NCBI GenBank assembly: GCA_963693365.1
Contig: CAVNZM010000003.1
Span: forward strand, 218,351-282,350
DNA from: Amoebidium appalachense
Lineage: Eukaryota; Protista; Ichthyosporea
Direction: 5' to 3'
Length of the DNA stretch: 64,000 bases
Shown here: one piece after another, positions 1-14,620 of the stretch
Numbering within the stretch: the stretch's first letter is position 1
Layout: each line of letters starts with the position of its first letter
Made by a program: the position numbers and the translations under genes
The notes under the pieces: model-generated
Databases searched by the model: none
What the model saw: the letters and a program-made list of their open reading frames with translations, nothing else
Told to the model about the DNA's origin: nothing

Positions 1-1262
1 CCAGATGTCTAGGATGAGACGATTGGTCCTTGGAACTCGCCTGAATACCTCTTATCCAATAGAAGTGCGATATATGATTTAGATAATTCAGTTTCTAGGC
101 TTAGCATTTGTCGGCTCCACGTCATCTCTGCTTATAAAAAGGACTTCATCTTGAAATGATAAATAACAAGCAGTTGAAAACATTTCAAGTCCTCTCAGAA
201 ACCGTTCCACCTCTCCGGTTGTGTTTTTCCTGTTTGTCTATGTGTTGTGTATATCATAACACCCATCTGTGCACTCTGCTTATCCGTTTACCCACACAAA
301 ATAACAGGGAGGGAGAGAGAGAGAGAGAGAGAGAAGAGAGAGAGGGGGGAGAGATAGAGAGGAGGAGAAAGAGAGGAGAGAGAGAGAGAAACTCAGAGGG
401 GGGGCAGTGTGTGTGTGTGTGCACGTGTGTGCCTGGTGTGTACACAAGGAAGTTCTAAGTGTAGCAGAATCCGAAGCTACCCACGTGTGAACACATGTTG
501 TGTTCGAGCCTCAAGTAACTATAACCCGAGACATAAATGACATATACTAATCCGTCTCAGCAGATCAGCCTAAGTCTACGATCGAGATCGGGGGGGGGGG
601 GGGGGGGGGGGGGGGGGCCGGGTCCACAGATCATCAAGATCAAGTCCGAGGCCTCAAGATAGCTGTACGGCTGCGTGCATCTTGCCTCTGCCGGCGCAGG
701 GCATTGGACCACGTCAGCCGGCCCGGGGGCAGCCGACCAATAGAATTCTAATTAGTGTGTAGGATAGATCGTAGGAGGACTTAGGAATGTGATTGTTCGG
801 GCAGAAGCCCTTTTGTAAGTATTGGCAAGGTTTGATAGTGTATGTTGCCAAACGTATTTATATATTTAGATGTAGAGGAAAGGGGGGGAGGGAGGGGGGG
901 GGAGGATAGTATGAAATATAGATTTAGACTCTGCGGTGCCACTAGGGGGAGGGTCACAGGGGTGAGACACGGATAAATATATTAGTTGAGTAGATCGACT
1001 TAGCTCGTGCAGGCGCACGATAAAAGTAGATCGGAATGTTTGGAATGTGGCATCGTAGGGGGCCAGGTGATGATGATCTTTGAGGGCACGGCCTTGATGG
1101 CCTCAGTTGTGACTTAGCCTCATTCCGTACGGATCTAAGTTTTGCCCGTCGGAGCCTGGTCTGAATAAACTTTACCGTTTTTCCATACATGTTCGTTCCT
1201 TTTCGTGTGGGTACACTTAGTAGAGTGCCGCGTCTCTAGTACACACACAATAGGATACGACA
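1..1262. repeat. Possible LTR-like repeat fragment running off the left edge of the window
   Basis: Non-coding, with a (GA)n core, poly-G and several CCAAT/ATTGG words, like the LTRs at 9.5-11.5 kb and 12.46-13.37 kb. It ends in ...ATACGACA at 1262 (TGTCG on the minus strand). No TSD or PPT can be verified. Confidence 0.3.
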
Positions 1263-1277
1263 ATATATATATATTAA

Positions 1278-1460
1278 AGGAGACGCTCTACAGTGACCAA
1301 AGGCAGAAATCGCCACACACATGCATGTACACTGTCACCTACTGAGGTGACTCGTATTTTTCCTTACACACACAGCGAACACTGGACTCTCGGGACCGTA
1401 GAGCCGCCGCGAGAGAAAGCATGCACGCGGTCGCGAGAGTGTAAGGAAAAATAGATGTGG
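1278..1460 (+). mobile_element. End of a non-autonomous DNA transposon-like dispersed repeat (TTAA|AGGAGAC terminus); second copy inverted at 30590-30798
   Basis: 1355-1453 is the diverged reverse complement of ~30590-30681 (GCGAACACTGGACTCT...GAAAGCATGCACGCGGTCGCGAGAGTGTAAGG). It has an internal 15-bp inverted repeat, TATTTTTCCTTACAC/GTGTAAGGAAAAATA. It starts TTAA-AGGAGAC, like the element at 25092. Confidence 0.6.
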
Positions 1461-1464
1461 GTGT

Positions 1465-1582
1465 GAGGCGAACGTGAAGTTCAAAGCAGCCCAGGCACCG
1501 TCAGTACTGAGGCGAACGTGAAGTTCAAAGCAGCCCAGGCACCGTCAGTACTGAGGCGAACGTGAAGTTCAAAGCAGCCCAG
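1465..1582. repeat. 44-bp tandem repeat, ~2.7 copies
   Basis: Unit GAGGCGAACGTGAAGTTCAAAGCAGCCCAGGCACCGTCAGTACT starts at 1465, 1509 and 1553. Confidence 0.95.
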
Positions 1583-1956
1583 TTGGCCGCGAAGAGGAAG
1601 AATGGTTGAGGGGGGGCTTGTTTTTATACGACCTACCACACGTGGCCGGCTGTGTGTGGCTGTGTCGCAGCCTGCGCTTGGGCTGTCGCAGGCTCACCAG
1701 CAAGCTGGCCATGCCGGTGACAACGAACTTTCCGTTTGGCGTCTTTTCCACTTTAACTGTTTTTGGCTATATTGCGCTGCCGCCAATTGGCCGAGAGAGA
1801 AATGTAAAAAGGTCTCACGACATGAATTTTCATTGGTTTAGACCTTCACACGGCGTTGAACATTTCGCGCATAATCCACCTCCGGAGGTGGATTATAGAA
1901 ATTGGAGTACAAGCGATGTCCAAGGGGTTTGAAACCCGGCGTACACAGGCCAGATT

Positions 1957-2128
1957 GGGCCGTCTGTTTGGCATCGCGGATTTCAGAAAATCCGCTTTAG
2001 CCCTAACTCCAAAATCGATCTTACTCCGGAGTGGGATCGCGGATTTCAGAAAATCCGCTTTAGCCCTAACTCCAAAATCGATCTTACTCCGGAGTATGGC
2101 CGCTAACTCCGCGTTGCCAAACAGGCCC
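1957..2128. mobile_element. Tourist/PIF-Harbinger-like MITE with an internal 63-bp tandem duplication
   Basis: Imperfect TIRs GGGCCGTCTGTTTGGCATCGCGGA ... TCCGCGTTGCCAAACAGGCCC, followed by TTA. GGGCC..TGTTTGG is the typical Tourist TIR start. The 63-bp unit starts at 1973 and 2036. The left TSD is degenerate. Confidence 0.6.
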
Positions 2129-3080
2129 TTAAGGTTTTGCCCGCTGGTGTCCTTTGTCACTTGTCGCTTTATTTTTATTTCGTAGCTTTGGCTTTTTCAG
2201 TTCTATATATATTGGTGGTTATGTAGCCTGTGGCTGCACGTTGCCTTCATCAACGGGTCAATAAACCAGAGTCAAAAGAAAAAAACTTTTCTTTTGACTC
2301 GGTTTTATTGATCCGTTGACTGAACATATCTGAAATAAAGGCGTTGAGTTTGGGAGGATGAAAGAAAGTGTGAGCGAACGTTATTATTGGTCGCCGCTTA
2401 TGCAATAGGTATCGTGTATCACGTACATACGCATGCCAGTACATATCAGGGTGTGAAAATTGGTTTTGGCTGGTGCCATTTTGGCAACTTTCCACCAGCC
2501 TGGTTGGCCCTAATAGAGTCAACAACCGTTTTTTGGGTGTATTTTTTATTTTTCTACCACTGTTAGGGCCAGTTTTCAAAAATTGATGGACCTAACCTCA
2601 AAAAGTTAGGGACAATAATCTGACTTTCAGGGGCAATTTTCGGGCCCTAAACCCCCTAATTTCACAGCCTGGTACATAAGTAAACCCTGATATATAGTCA
2701 TCACCCGACATCTATGTACGTGATCATGATATACCGCTGAGGGGATAGTTCGGGCAAACACCCCCCCATACCTGAGACTGGTTTCTCTTTGAGGCTCGAG
2801 TAAACAGCGTAAACCCCGTACATCTGTGGCTGCAGTGAAAAGCTGAAAAGGGACTCCACCGTAAGTGACTGAGGTAACATGGTCACAACTCGTCAAGGAG
2901 GAAAGTGCAGATGCTGCAACTTGTCATGACCGTGACAGCACAAAACAAGACTTAGACACCAAGCAACCATCGTGGCTACCTTGAAATGTAGCCCAGGCTT
3001 CCCACGACATCGCAATTGCATGGTGGCTCTACCCATCTACACGCTGACCCAGGGCCCTTATTCCTCGCCCACCCACCAAC

Positions 3081-4702
3081 ATGCGTACCCAGCTCACGCT
3101 TCTCCTCGCTTTCCTTTTAGGGGCCGTGCTTAGCCAACATGAACACCAGGAAGCAGAAACTGCACAGCTCCCAGTTCGCGCATACGCAAACGTAACTACA
3201 GAGGACAACGGACCGGCTGTCATCACACTACGGCTCGAAGGTAAATTCAAAACCACCACATCTGTGTGCCAAGCAGATTTGTTTTCAACACGTGAAAGTT
3301 TCCGAAGCGTTACTGAAGCGTTTGAATCTGAAATTATTTGTTTTTCGGGTGCTGATTTTGGAACGGAGACTGTCAAATCACATGCGATCCTCTTCCCCCT
3401 TACCCGTTCTCCTCCTTCCCACACTTCCTTCCCATTGCACCTGACAACACCACCAAACCTATTTTCGTCAGCTTCTGAATTGCTTGATGTCCCTTTCAAA
3501 CTCCACCCTCCTGGACCACTTACCCATCCACCCACTGGTCCCAAAAAACTGACTTAAATTACCAAACCCCTCCGAACCCCCCCCCTTGGAGCGTCGTATA
3601 TACGCGGGCTAAGGGGTCGAAACTCAGACGCAATTGATGACTTGGGCCCTCCCTGAGGATGGGCTCTGCTTATGACGCATACTGTGCGCATGGCTGATGC
3701 TGCATACTTGAATGTTTGCCTTTGCATGTGTCCTGCACCATGCTTCTCATCGTGTATGCGTACTTCGTACTGTGTTCCGCATTCAACACCCCCCCCCCCC
3801 CCCCCCTCCCCCCTCCCTCCCCCCAGCGGCTTCCGCCCTCCTCCCCACCCCGCCGCCCACCCGTTGCCCGGAGTCACAGTCTCCCCCCCCCCCCCCCCCC
3901 CCCCAGGGCCCCCCCCTCCCCTCTTGCTCCTTGCCACCATTATCCCCCCCCCCCCCCCCCCCCCCCCCCCCGTTGAAACCAATTCTTTGGTGGAGGCATC
4001 ATAGAAACCCTGCTTCCCGGGGGCGTAAAGTTTTGCGTCGTTTCTTTATATGTCGCCTCCTCCATATTTCCAACCCTTTGATGCATACACGACCTTCCCC
4101 ACCTCCCCCCCCCCCCCCCCCCCCTCCCCCCCCCCTCCCCCCCCCCCCCCCCCCCCCCAAAAGGCCTCCCCTCCCCCGTCCCTCCCCCCTCCGCCCCCAG
4201 TATTAGGTTTGCACTCTTACCCATTCACCCGTCATTCTGGCTCAAGACCTCGTTCCCCCCCCACACACCAGTCGTTGGACTATGCACCCTCCCATCGGTG
4301 TCTTTTCTCCGTAAATGTTTAGAAAGGGATCCAGTGCTCTGCCATAATAGTTCACTAACATCGTTTATTCCGCAGACAAGAGCACCAACACTTACGTGAC
4401 ACAGCCCGATCTTCTGATGACGCACGACCGCTATATGCACGTTGTTGTTGTGGGTGAAGACCTCGAGCAATACACACACGTGCACCCGAGTGACTTCCCC
4501 TCTCTGAACCCTAAAAAGGATGTGGACGCTGGAATCTTCCGTGTGGCTGTGAATTTTACAAAAAACGGACGCCATCTGTTTGCCGTGGATGCGAACACTA
4601 GCAAGGGGGAAATCACAAAACATGTCTACTACGACCACAACGTGTCGGGTGAGTGTTACTAAGCCTTTTCCCTACTTTCTGGTTGCACGGGAAACGAGGG
4701 GC

Positions 4703-4736
<34 letters not shown>

Positions 4737-4805
4737 CTTTTTTTTTTTTTTGGGTGTGTGTGTGTGGGGGGGGGGGGGGGGGGGGGGGGGGAGGGAGGGG
4801 TATGG

Positions 4806-4840
<35 letters not shown>

Positions 4841-5206
4841 GGGGGGGGGGGTTGCGGGTGCAAGGGCTTGCCAAGGGTCTTCACCTAAGATTTTTGTGCT
4901 TCTTGGCCAGCGTATTTATCATCGTAGGAAAGGTTCCCCTCGTCCTGGCCTCCCTCCCCCCTCACCCCTCCTCTACAAAAAATTTTTTACTGCAATCTCG
5001 TGCACACGGACATGAGTACTCCCCTCAATTGAAACCATACTCAGGCTTTTCATGACAGTGTGTGCTTGGCATTCTCAGAGAAACTGAACGAACATTTGTG
5101 TGGAACAGTTAGTGTGTATGGTTGTGTTTGCTTTTCTTCTTTTTCTTCTTCTTCTTCTTTTTTACGGGTGGTGATGGTGGTGGTGGTGGTGGTGGTGGTG
5201 GTGGTT

Positions 5207-5247
<41 letters not shown>

Positions 5248-5626
5248 GAAGAAAGGAAAAAAACTATCGCTGCCGCCACCCGCACAGCCTCTAAGCTCCT
5301 CAACCGACCTCAACATCCACCCACCTCGTGTAGTAACTTCTTCCAAATTCTTTTAAAAGATTACAAAACCAAAGCAACCATGTCTGTCTCTCTCAGATCT
5401 GTTTAATAACCGTCTTTATCTTGCACAGGACTCCCTCAGATGACGCCATACCGAGGCCCGGCCTCTCCCCTCACCTCCCTCAACACCACCACCGTGGATG
5501 TGTATGGGCTGGAAAATGATGCGGTTGATGGGGTGCCTGAGAGATATGTGGCTACTTCAGACCTCACACCACTGAGTGATCCAGAGAGGGTGAATGCAAC
5601 AAAGGTGTGTGCGCACGTGTGTGGAG

Positions 5627-5724
<98 letters not shown>

Positions 5725-6900
5725 ACACACACACACACATACACACATGTGCGCACGGGCACACACACACACACACACACGCACACAAATCCTGGCTCAC
5801 AATACACAGTAGTACACATACACATGCATGCACACACACACATACATATCACACACACACATACACATAGACATTCCCATTTTTGTGCGTGCACACACAC
5901 ACACACGACCGTTTTTATAGCGCAAATCATCACATTATGGACGTGCATGCATCACGGTGCATTGACAGCCCCCCCCCCCCCCCCCCCCCTCTCCTCCCCC
6001 CTCCACCTCCTCCATCGGGCAGCTTCTAATAAAAATATAAAATATAAAATATAAAATATAAAAATATAAAAACCATGAAGAAGCGAATAAATGGTAAACG
6101 GAACCATAAGAGACTGACCTTTTTAAGTGTTTGGACAGAGCCACCTGACGCTCGATTGGTACGGGGCTAGACAGGTTCTTGATTGAAACACCTGCAATAT
6201 GACAACCAGTTAAATAATTAGATCTCCAATCATTTTATAATCTACAGAGCCGCCTCGTTACCACTCTAAATGCAAGGAAAATGGAATCGGTTATTCTTTT
6301 GCTCTGTTCATCCCACCTATTCAGGCTGACATATTCCTATTCTCGCAGGTGATTTACGAAGCCACCCTGTCCGTCAACAACACCAGCGACGTCACCGAGC
6401 TCATCACCAACCAGGAATACGTATTCCTTATTCACTACCGCAGGCAATTTCCCTGTGCATCGCACGCTATGGACAACACTGTGAGCATGTGGGGTGAACT
6501 ATGTTTCAAAGACATGAATACGCTCACGAATATTCTTGGTGCACCCATGCACGTGATGGTGATTCGGGAGGGCCTGGGAGAAACACAACATCTGCACGGA
6601 TACGTGCCAAAAATGAATGGGGCATCCGGGGAGGGAACTGGCAATGAATCACACGCATCACATGGGAAGAGCTCGCGGCGTAGAAACGTACGTAGGGTCA
6701 AACGTCAAGCTGACCATAGTGCGCATGAGAGCATGAACATGGATATGAGTGGGGCGGGTGATAAAAGAACGTTCAACACTTCTGAACTTGCGGTTTCTGT
6801 GAAGTTTGAGGTGGAGGGAAGTTACAAGCTGGTGGCTATGGCAAAGGATCAAGAGGGTGAGAGGGCGATACTTACTTCACACACCATTTATGTGTTCTAG
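3081..6900 (+). CDS. Secreted His/Met-rich putative heavy-metal (Cu)-binding protein, 4 exons, 386 aa
   Basis: Exons 3081-3240, 4376-4648, 5429-5604 and 6349-6900 join in frame through GT-AG introns (1161 nt). Signal peptide MRTQLTLLLAFLLGAVLS. Two related motifs: THDRYMHVVVVGEDLEQYTHVHP and NILGAPMHVMVIREGLGETQHLHG. His/Met loop SHASHG...DHSAHESMNMDM. The function is inferred. Confidence 0.85.
3655..3788 (+). repeat. Dispersed intronic repeat abutting poly-C, copy A
   Basis: GAGGATGGGCTCTGCT...CATACTTGAATGTTTGCCTTTGCATGTGTCCTGCACCATGCTTCTCATCGTGTATGCGTACTTCGTACTGTGTTCCGCATTCAA-C(n). Near-identical to 34241-34326, and shares both ends with 42325-42429. Confidence 0.9.
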
Positions 6901-7290
6901 ATATACAATATTCCTGCTTTTTTATTGTTTATTCCTACTTTTTTTTAAGGTGTTCTAGATATAAATTTTAGGTTTTCTAGACATACCATTTAGGGTTCTA
7001 TCAGAGGACTATTATTTGTGTGTTCTAGATGAACCATTTATGTGTTCTAGGCACTGCAATTATGAGTTCTAGGTAGACTATTCAGGGTTTCTAGATGTAC
7101 AACTTATATGTTCTAGATATACATTAATATTTTCTGGAGATACAAGTTGTGTGTTCTAGATGTACCATTTCAGGGTTCTAGATACAACATTTATCTCAAC
7201 GGTTCTGGACATACATTTTCGTTTTCCCATATATACCTTTTGGGATTCAACTGTCGTGTATGTGGTCTAGGATTTATGTGTTTTAGACAC
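6881..7290 (+). repeat. Degenerate ~22-bp minisatellite derived from the last codons and stop of gene 1
   Basis: The CDS ends ACACCATTTATGTGTTCTAG|ATAT. Variants such as ACCATTTATGTGTTCTAG, TACCATTTCAGGGTTCTAGATA and ACTTATATGTTCTAGATA recur more than 10 times downstream. Confidence 0.85.
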
Positions 7291-7622
7291 GCCGCACATG
7301 TATTATAGCCGTGTATTCAAGATTTCATATGACTGTCAAACATGCGAGGGCCTGCGCATTTGTTTTCCCAATGGGGATACGGGCGATTTGTGTACATAGT
7401 GGGGAGGAAAAAATTAATGTTATAACCGAGATGATATGGCTTTTTGTTGGCCACGTATTTCTTTCCGTGTTTGATTTAACATACTCTCTTGATATCTTTC
7501 AAAAACTTGGATACGAATGTTTGTAAGAGTGTTTCGAAGTGACTCAATAAACTTTTGCGGATATGAAATGCAAACAATGGACTTCGGCACCGTATAGAAA
7601 TCCCCCGAGGGACGAGGAGAAC

Positions 7623-7703
<81 letters not shown>

Positions 7704-8298
7704 CGCGCGCGCTTGTGTGTGTTTGTGTGCGTGCGTGCGTGCTGCATGTTCATTAAGTCACCGAGGGAAGGGGGGGGGGGGGGGGGGGGGGGGATTATGC
7801 TTTTGGTTGTGGTTTTTATTTATGCTTTCCCGTGTAAATGGGTGACACTGGTCGAACCTGCTTCCTTCCACATTAGAGGAAAGACTGGTCAGCATGCAAA
7901 GGAGTTCATTGACACTGTGACACACCCACATGACTACATGGGGCCAAAAAAAGTCTATTTCCGCCACTGAGGTTAGAGGGCGGCCAGCTAGCCTGAGATA
8001 TCCAATACACACTGCAAAGGTCCGACACACTGCTTGAAGGCCAATTGCATTGAGTAGGAAGAACAGCCTGAACGCCGTGCGGGAACGTTCAAAGTTGGGG
8101 CTGGCCACCCAATAGACCCAAGGGCTGCTTCCAGAAAGGTGGAATGCACACTGCCTGGGATGTGATTGTGGGATCCAGGGGTACGTACACAAACAGGGGG
8201 AAAAAAAGGAAGAAAGACTAAGAAAGTAACAGGAAAAAGGAAAAACAAAAAGAGAAAAAGTCAGTGTTTAAACGTACGCAAGGGCGCTTTTTTATCGG

Positions 8299-8653
8299 CA
8301 TGTGTAAGCTTTAGCACGACCATCGTGTGTGAATACTTGAAAGCTTAAGTGGTCGATATGAAACAAGGTCATTGCGAGGCTGAGTGAATTGCTTTTCCGA
8401 ATCCCTAGTCACTGGCTATGCTTTTTCTGTCTTATCTTAGTGCCGGTTGCACTAAATAGCATGATGATGTCTGGGTAATACTCGGCACATAATGGTGTTA
8501 TTTAGTGCAACCGGCACAAAGATAAGACGACAAAGGCATCCCTGATGACTAATGATTCTGGAAAGCCTTGAATTCATTCAGCATTGCAATGACATTGCCC
8601 ACATTAATGCCACATTTATTCACACATAATGTTCGTGCTATAGTTAACACAGG
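8299..8653. mobile_element. Foldback/palindromic MITE-like element (~350 bp)
   Basis: Arms are complementary over their length: TAGCACGA/TCGTGCTA, GTCATTGC/GCAATGAC, GTCTTATCTTAGTGCCGGTTGCACTAAATA/TATTTAGTGCAACCGGCACAAAGATAAGAC. Centre at ~8478. Confidence 0.8.
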
Positions 8654-8948
8654 TTGATAAATGCAAATGAGCTTTTCTTTTTGTGGTTATTTTTATCCCT
8701 CGATTCTTCAGTTTTTCAAGTATTTTTGTTTTCGAGTTTTTTTATTTTATTTCATTTCATTTTATTTTATTTTATTTTCAGTTATTTTATTTATATTGGG
8801 GGGGGGGGGGGGGGGGGCTGTGTGGGAAGGCAGCTGGTGGAAGGGTCGGCGGGAGGGGGGGGGGGGGGGGGAGGGGGGGGGAGGGGTTGAACAGGCGAAG
8901 TAAGAGTGGGGAAGGGGGGAGAGGGGAGGGGGGGGAGGGGGGGGAGGG

Positions 8949-9175
<227 letters not shown>

Positions 9176-9505
9176 AGGGAGGGAGGGAGGGAGGGAGGGA
9201 GGGAGGGAGGGAGGGAGGGGGAGAGAGAGAGAGAGACTGAGGGAGAGAGTAGTTCTTTCATTTAGTACAGCTATCGTGATCGAGGGCCTGGGCCAGTCAC
9301 TGTCGGATGTTGGGTGGCCACAATGCAACCCAAATATTGCAGAAGGAGCCTCTTTGAACCCCCATTGCAAAAGAGCTGCTATAGGCCCTGACTCCTGATA
9401 TCAGAATCGGCCTTGCGGCCGCGGCCACGCTCACAGGGTTGGCCACAGAATTGAGCGAGGTGCAGCTTGCTGCTTCTAAAAAAAAAAAGATTTTGGTAGT
9501 CAGAC

Positions 9506-11507
<2,002 letters not shown>

Positions 11508-11779
11508 GTCCCCTTGTGATGTAGGTGTGTAGATATTATACAAGTATAAAAGAAATACTATCTATAGTACACAGCAGAGCACACTATCATCTAATATGTT
11601 ACAAACATATTCATATTCTTATTCTAATACTCATATTCTTATTTAACCTGAATAGTACAAGTGCAGTGTTTTTCATGTAAGTACAACTTTTGTCGAAGGA
11701 AAGCCAGATCACGTTGGTAGTCCAAATCGGCTCGCCGGGGCCCTTGACTACTCAGAGATCGACATGAAGATCACTAGTA

Positions 11780-13214
11780 CTCACTAGTAACGGTGGATGG
11801 AAGTGCCAGCTGTGCTGGTGTGCGACATGAAGAGCCTTGAATTCCAGCTAGCTTCTTGCACATCAGTAGCTGTTGTAGACCAACGGACTTGGTGAGCATA
11901 TCTGCTGCTTGCTGGTTGGTGGGTATGTAGACAAGCTCGGTGTCCTTCTTATTGTTGACAATCATGCAGACGTACAAGGTGGTACTTGATGGCTATGTGC
12001 TTGGTGCGGTTGAATAGCTCGGGATTCTTGCCTATCTTGATGGCAGCTTGGTTGTCTTCGAGTAGAACTGTAGGTCCAGTAACAATGAAGCCGAAATCCC
12101 GAATGAGTTGCCTAAGCCATAGACATCCCTTGGTGGCAGGGGCAGCAGCGATGTACTCAGCCTCAACTGTGCTGTCTGCGACAACTGTCTGTAGTTTGCT
12201 GCTCCAACCAATGGCTCCGTGTGCTATGGTGAAAATAAAGCCTGAAGTGGAATGTTGGGTGTCTATGTCACCGGCCCAGTCTGCATCGGTGTAGCCAAGT
12301 ATGCGTCCGTGTAGTGACTTGTCCACAGGGCGTAGACAATGCCGTGGTTGAAAGTTGACTTGACGTAACGCAGAAGACGCTTGGCAGCGTTGAGATGTGC
12401 CTGGCCTGGATTCTTGTTGTAGCGGGCAAGCACAGACACAGGGAAATACAGGTCGGGTCGAGTGTTGTTTTGTACGGGTCTAAGGGAGCAGAGTGCACAG
12501 AGGTGTCATGTAAAACACGACTAACACATTAATGAGAGGGCAATCGGAGTTGTTCACGAGACATTGAAAGATTCAAACAACAACTGATTCTTTATTGTGC
12601 TCTCGGTTCCTTTTGTACTTGCGACTTATCATCTTATCACAACTAAAGAGGGAGAACCAATCGGTTCTATCAGGAGATAGAAAAACACATTCCGACAGAG
12701 CATACGCATTCCAACTTCCGATAAAACTAAAGTTTAGAAACTCTTACTTAATTAAATTAAGTAATTATACATCTAGTCACTATTAACTCACATATAAATT
12801 TATGTTCGTCTCTATAAAGAAACTTATTTAAATATATATATTTCCTAATAGTCGACACTCTCAAAGTGAAGACACATTGCAATAAACCGAATTCCATATA
12901 TATCTATTGTCCAATCACAACACACATATATTAATAGACAGGAATGCACAACACGATCTACAGATGTACTCGCTCGCGACCATTGGAGAGCCATCCTCTT
13001 TGAGAACAAAACTACTAAGCCATTTTGAAATAAAGGAAAGACAACGAGTGTAGCTAGCCAATCACGCTACCTCTCAGATAAACAGAGGAGAGCAAACAGA
13101 AATAAAAATACAAAAAGTTCTTATCAGGCAAGAGAGCCAGGTGTGCACAGATCTACAGATATCTGTGCTCACAGAAACAAGGGAGAGAGAGATACGGGGG
13201 GGGGGGGGGGGGGG

Positions 13215-13270
<56 letters not shown>

Positions 13271-14620
13271 AAAGAGCACAAAGAAGGAAAGCAGACACGA
13301 ATACAAACAAGCTAAAACACATACATACTTCAAGGCTCTTGCTGTCATACATGGTGACGTATTCCAACATCGAGTCCATGTGGCGAGGTACTACTGAAGA
13401 CTTCCAACAATGGACTGGTACTCGGACACATGGGTGCCATCTTGAGCTTGTCCTCCTCCGTGGTAGGTGACTGGTAGCTGCAGAGCTTGTCCAGTGTCAT
13501 GGGAGTGTCGATGGGCTTGGCCTCGTCCATGCCAAAACGCTGCAAAACTCGGTTGCTGTAGGCAGTCTGGTGAATCTTGATGCGACCGTCGTGCAGTTTG
13601 GAAATCTCCACACCGAGGAAGCACTCAGCAAGGGGCTGGTACTTGACCTTAAAGAACTTGCTGGGTTCCACATGTAGGGAATCAGCAGCAGCCTGTGTGG
13701 GGGTGGAGACTAGCGGATCGTCTACGTGGGTGGTGATGATGACCATGTCGTCCCCTGTGCCTCGGATATAGCAGCAGGGGTCAGCCGGTGTCTGCACGAA
13801 CTTGAGCTGGTAGAGAGCATCAGAGAGAGTATTCCCCCATGCTCGGGCTGACTGCTTGAGACCGTAGATGGCTTTGTTGAGCTTGCACACAAAGTGCTCT
13901 TTGCCTGGTTGGATGAACCCCTCCGGCTGCTCAATGTAGATCTCCTCCTCCAGCTTAGAGTTGAGAAAAGCTATGTCGAAGTCATATGTTGCCAGATGAC
14001 GTCCCTTTGCAGCTGCATCTGCTATGAGAAGACGTGTGGTAGTGGGGTGAGCTGTGGGAGAGAAGGTCTCGTCGTAATCCACTAGGTGGCGCCGAACACC
14101 CCCTACTAGTAGTCTTGATTAATTTCCGGCCCGGTGGTAATTCCACCAGTGTGTAAGTTTCGTTAGTGAGCAGGGAGGTGCTCAACTTTGGCGGCAGTCA
14201 TCCACTCGTCATGTTGCGGAGAATTCAGCGCAGCTTTGTAGCTGTTGGGTACTTGGATGTCGCTCACGAAATAGGTGGATGGCTCAGCATTTGCTGTAGT
14301 AGTGGCAATAAGTGCACTTAGCTGCCTAGCCTCGTGCAGGGCACCCTTGCCTCGTCCTTGATGCACCAATTGGTTGAAGACTCGGCCACTCCGTGTTGCT
14401 GGGGGCTGATGGTGCGATGCGATTGGTGGAGCATCTTCGCTGGAATTTTCCTTGCTGAAGTTCACACGTTTGGAAGGAGGCTTGATGGGGGTGTCTGCGT
14501 CTTCCTGACGTTGTCTCTTTGTAAGATGAGTGTGGGTGACTGTGTGGTGCACTGCAGCTGGCGTTTAGGGGGTCGGCGTGAAGATTGGGACAGGAGGAAA
14601 GGACATCTCCAGCCATGAGG
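11780..14620 (-). mobile_element. Decayed Ty1/copia LTR retrotransposon pol (RT + RNase H), 5'-truncated
   Basis: Copia motifs VPNSYKAAL..W, DYDETFSP, DIAFLNSKLEEEIYIEQPEGF, LNKAIYGLKQSARAW, HVDD, TRPD, GYTDADWAGD..STSGF, STVEAEY, EDNQAAI, RTKHIAIKYH, YIPTNQQAADMLTK. It has frameshifts, a stop and deletions; gag and integrase are absent. Confidence 0.95.
12463..13369. mobile_element. Solo LTR (907 bp) nested in the copia RT
   Basis: Termini TGTTG...CAACA flanked by a perfect 5-bp TSD, TCGAG (12458-12462 and 13370-13374). Removing it restores ...YLATWTR-PDLYFPVSVLARY on the minus strand. Confidence 0.95.

Noticed and set aside
1465-2095. 44-bp and 63-bp direct repeats as a possible CRISPR-like array
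   Set aside because: Head-to-tail duplications with no unique spacers, eukaryotic context and no cas genes.
2447-2562. CAGGGTGTGAAAAT / TTTTCTACCACTG as hAT-like TIRs
   Set aside because: Weak match and no 8-bp TSD.
3554-5406. Poly-Pro/poly-Gly ORFs resembling formins or extensins
   Set aside because: They arise from intronic C/G homopolymers within gene 1 introns.
7758-8248. Moderate-length ORFs in complex intergenic sequence
   Set aside because: No recognisable motif, and stops occur in the plausible frames. Possibly decayed TE sequence.
14082-14112. TGGCGCCGAAC resembling a tRNA primer-binding site inside the copia RT
   Set aside because: No adjacent LTR end, and it is on the opposite strand to the element. 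It looks like filler at a deletion junction.
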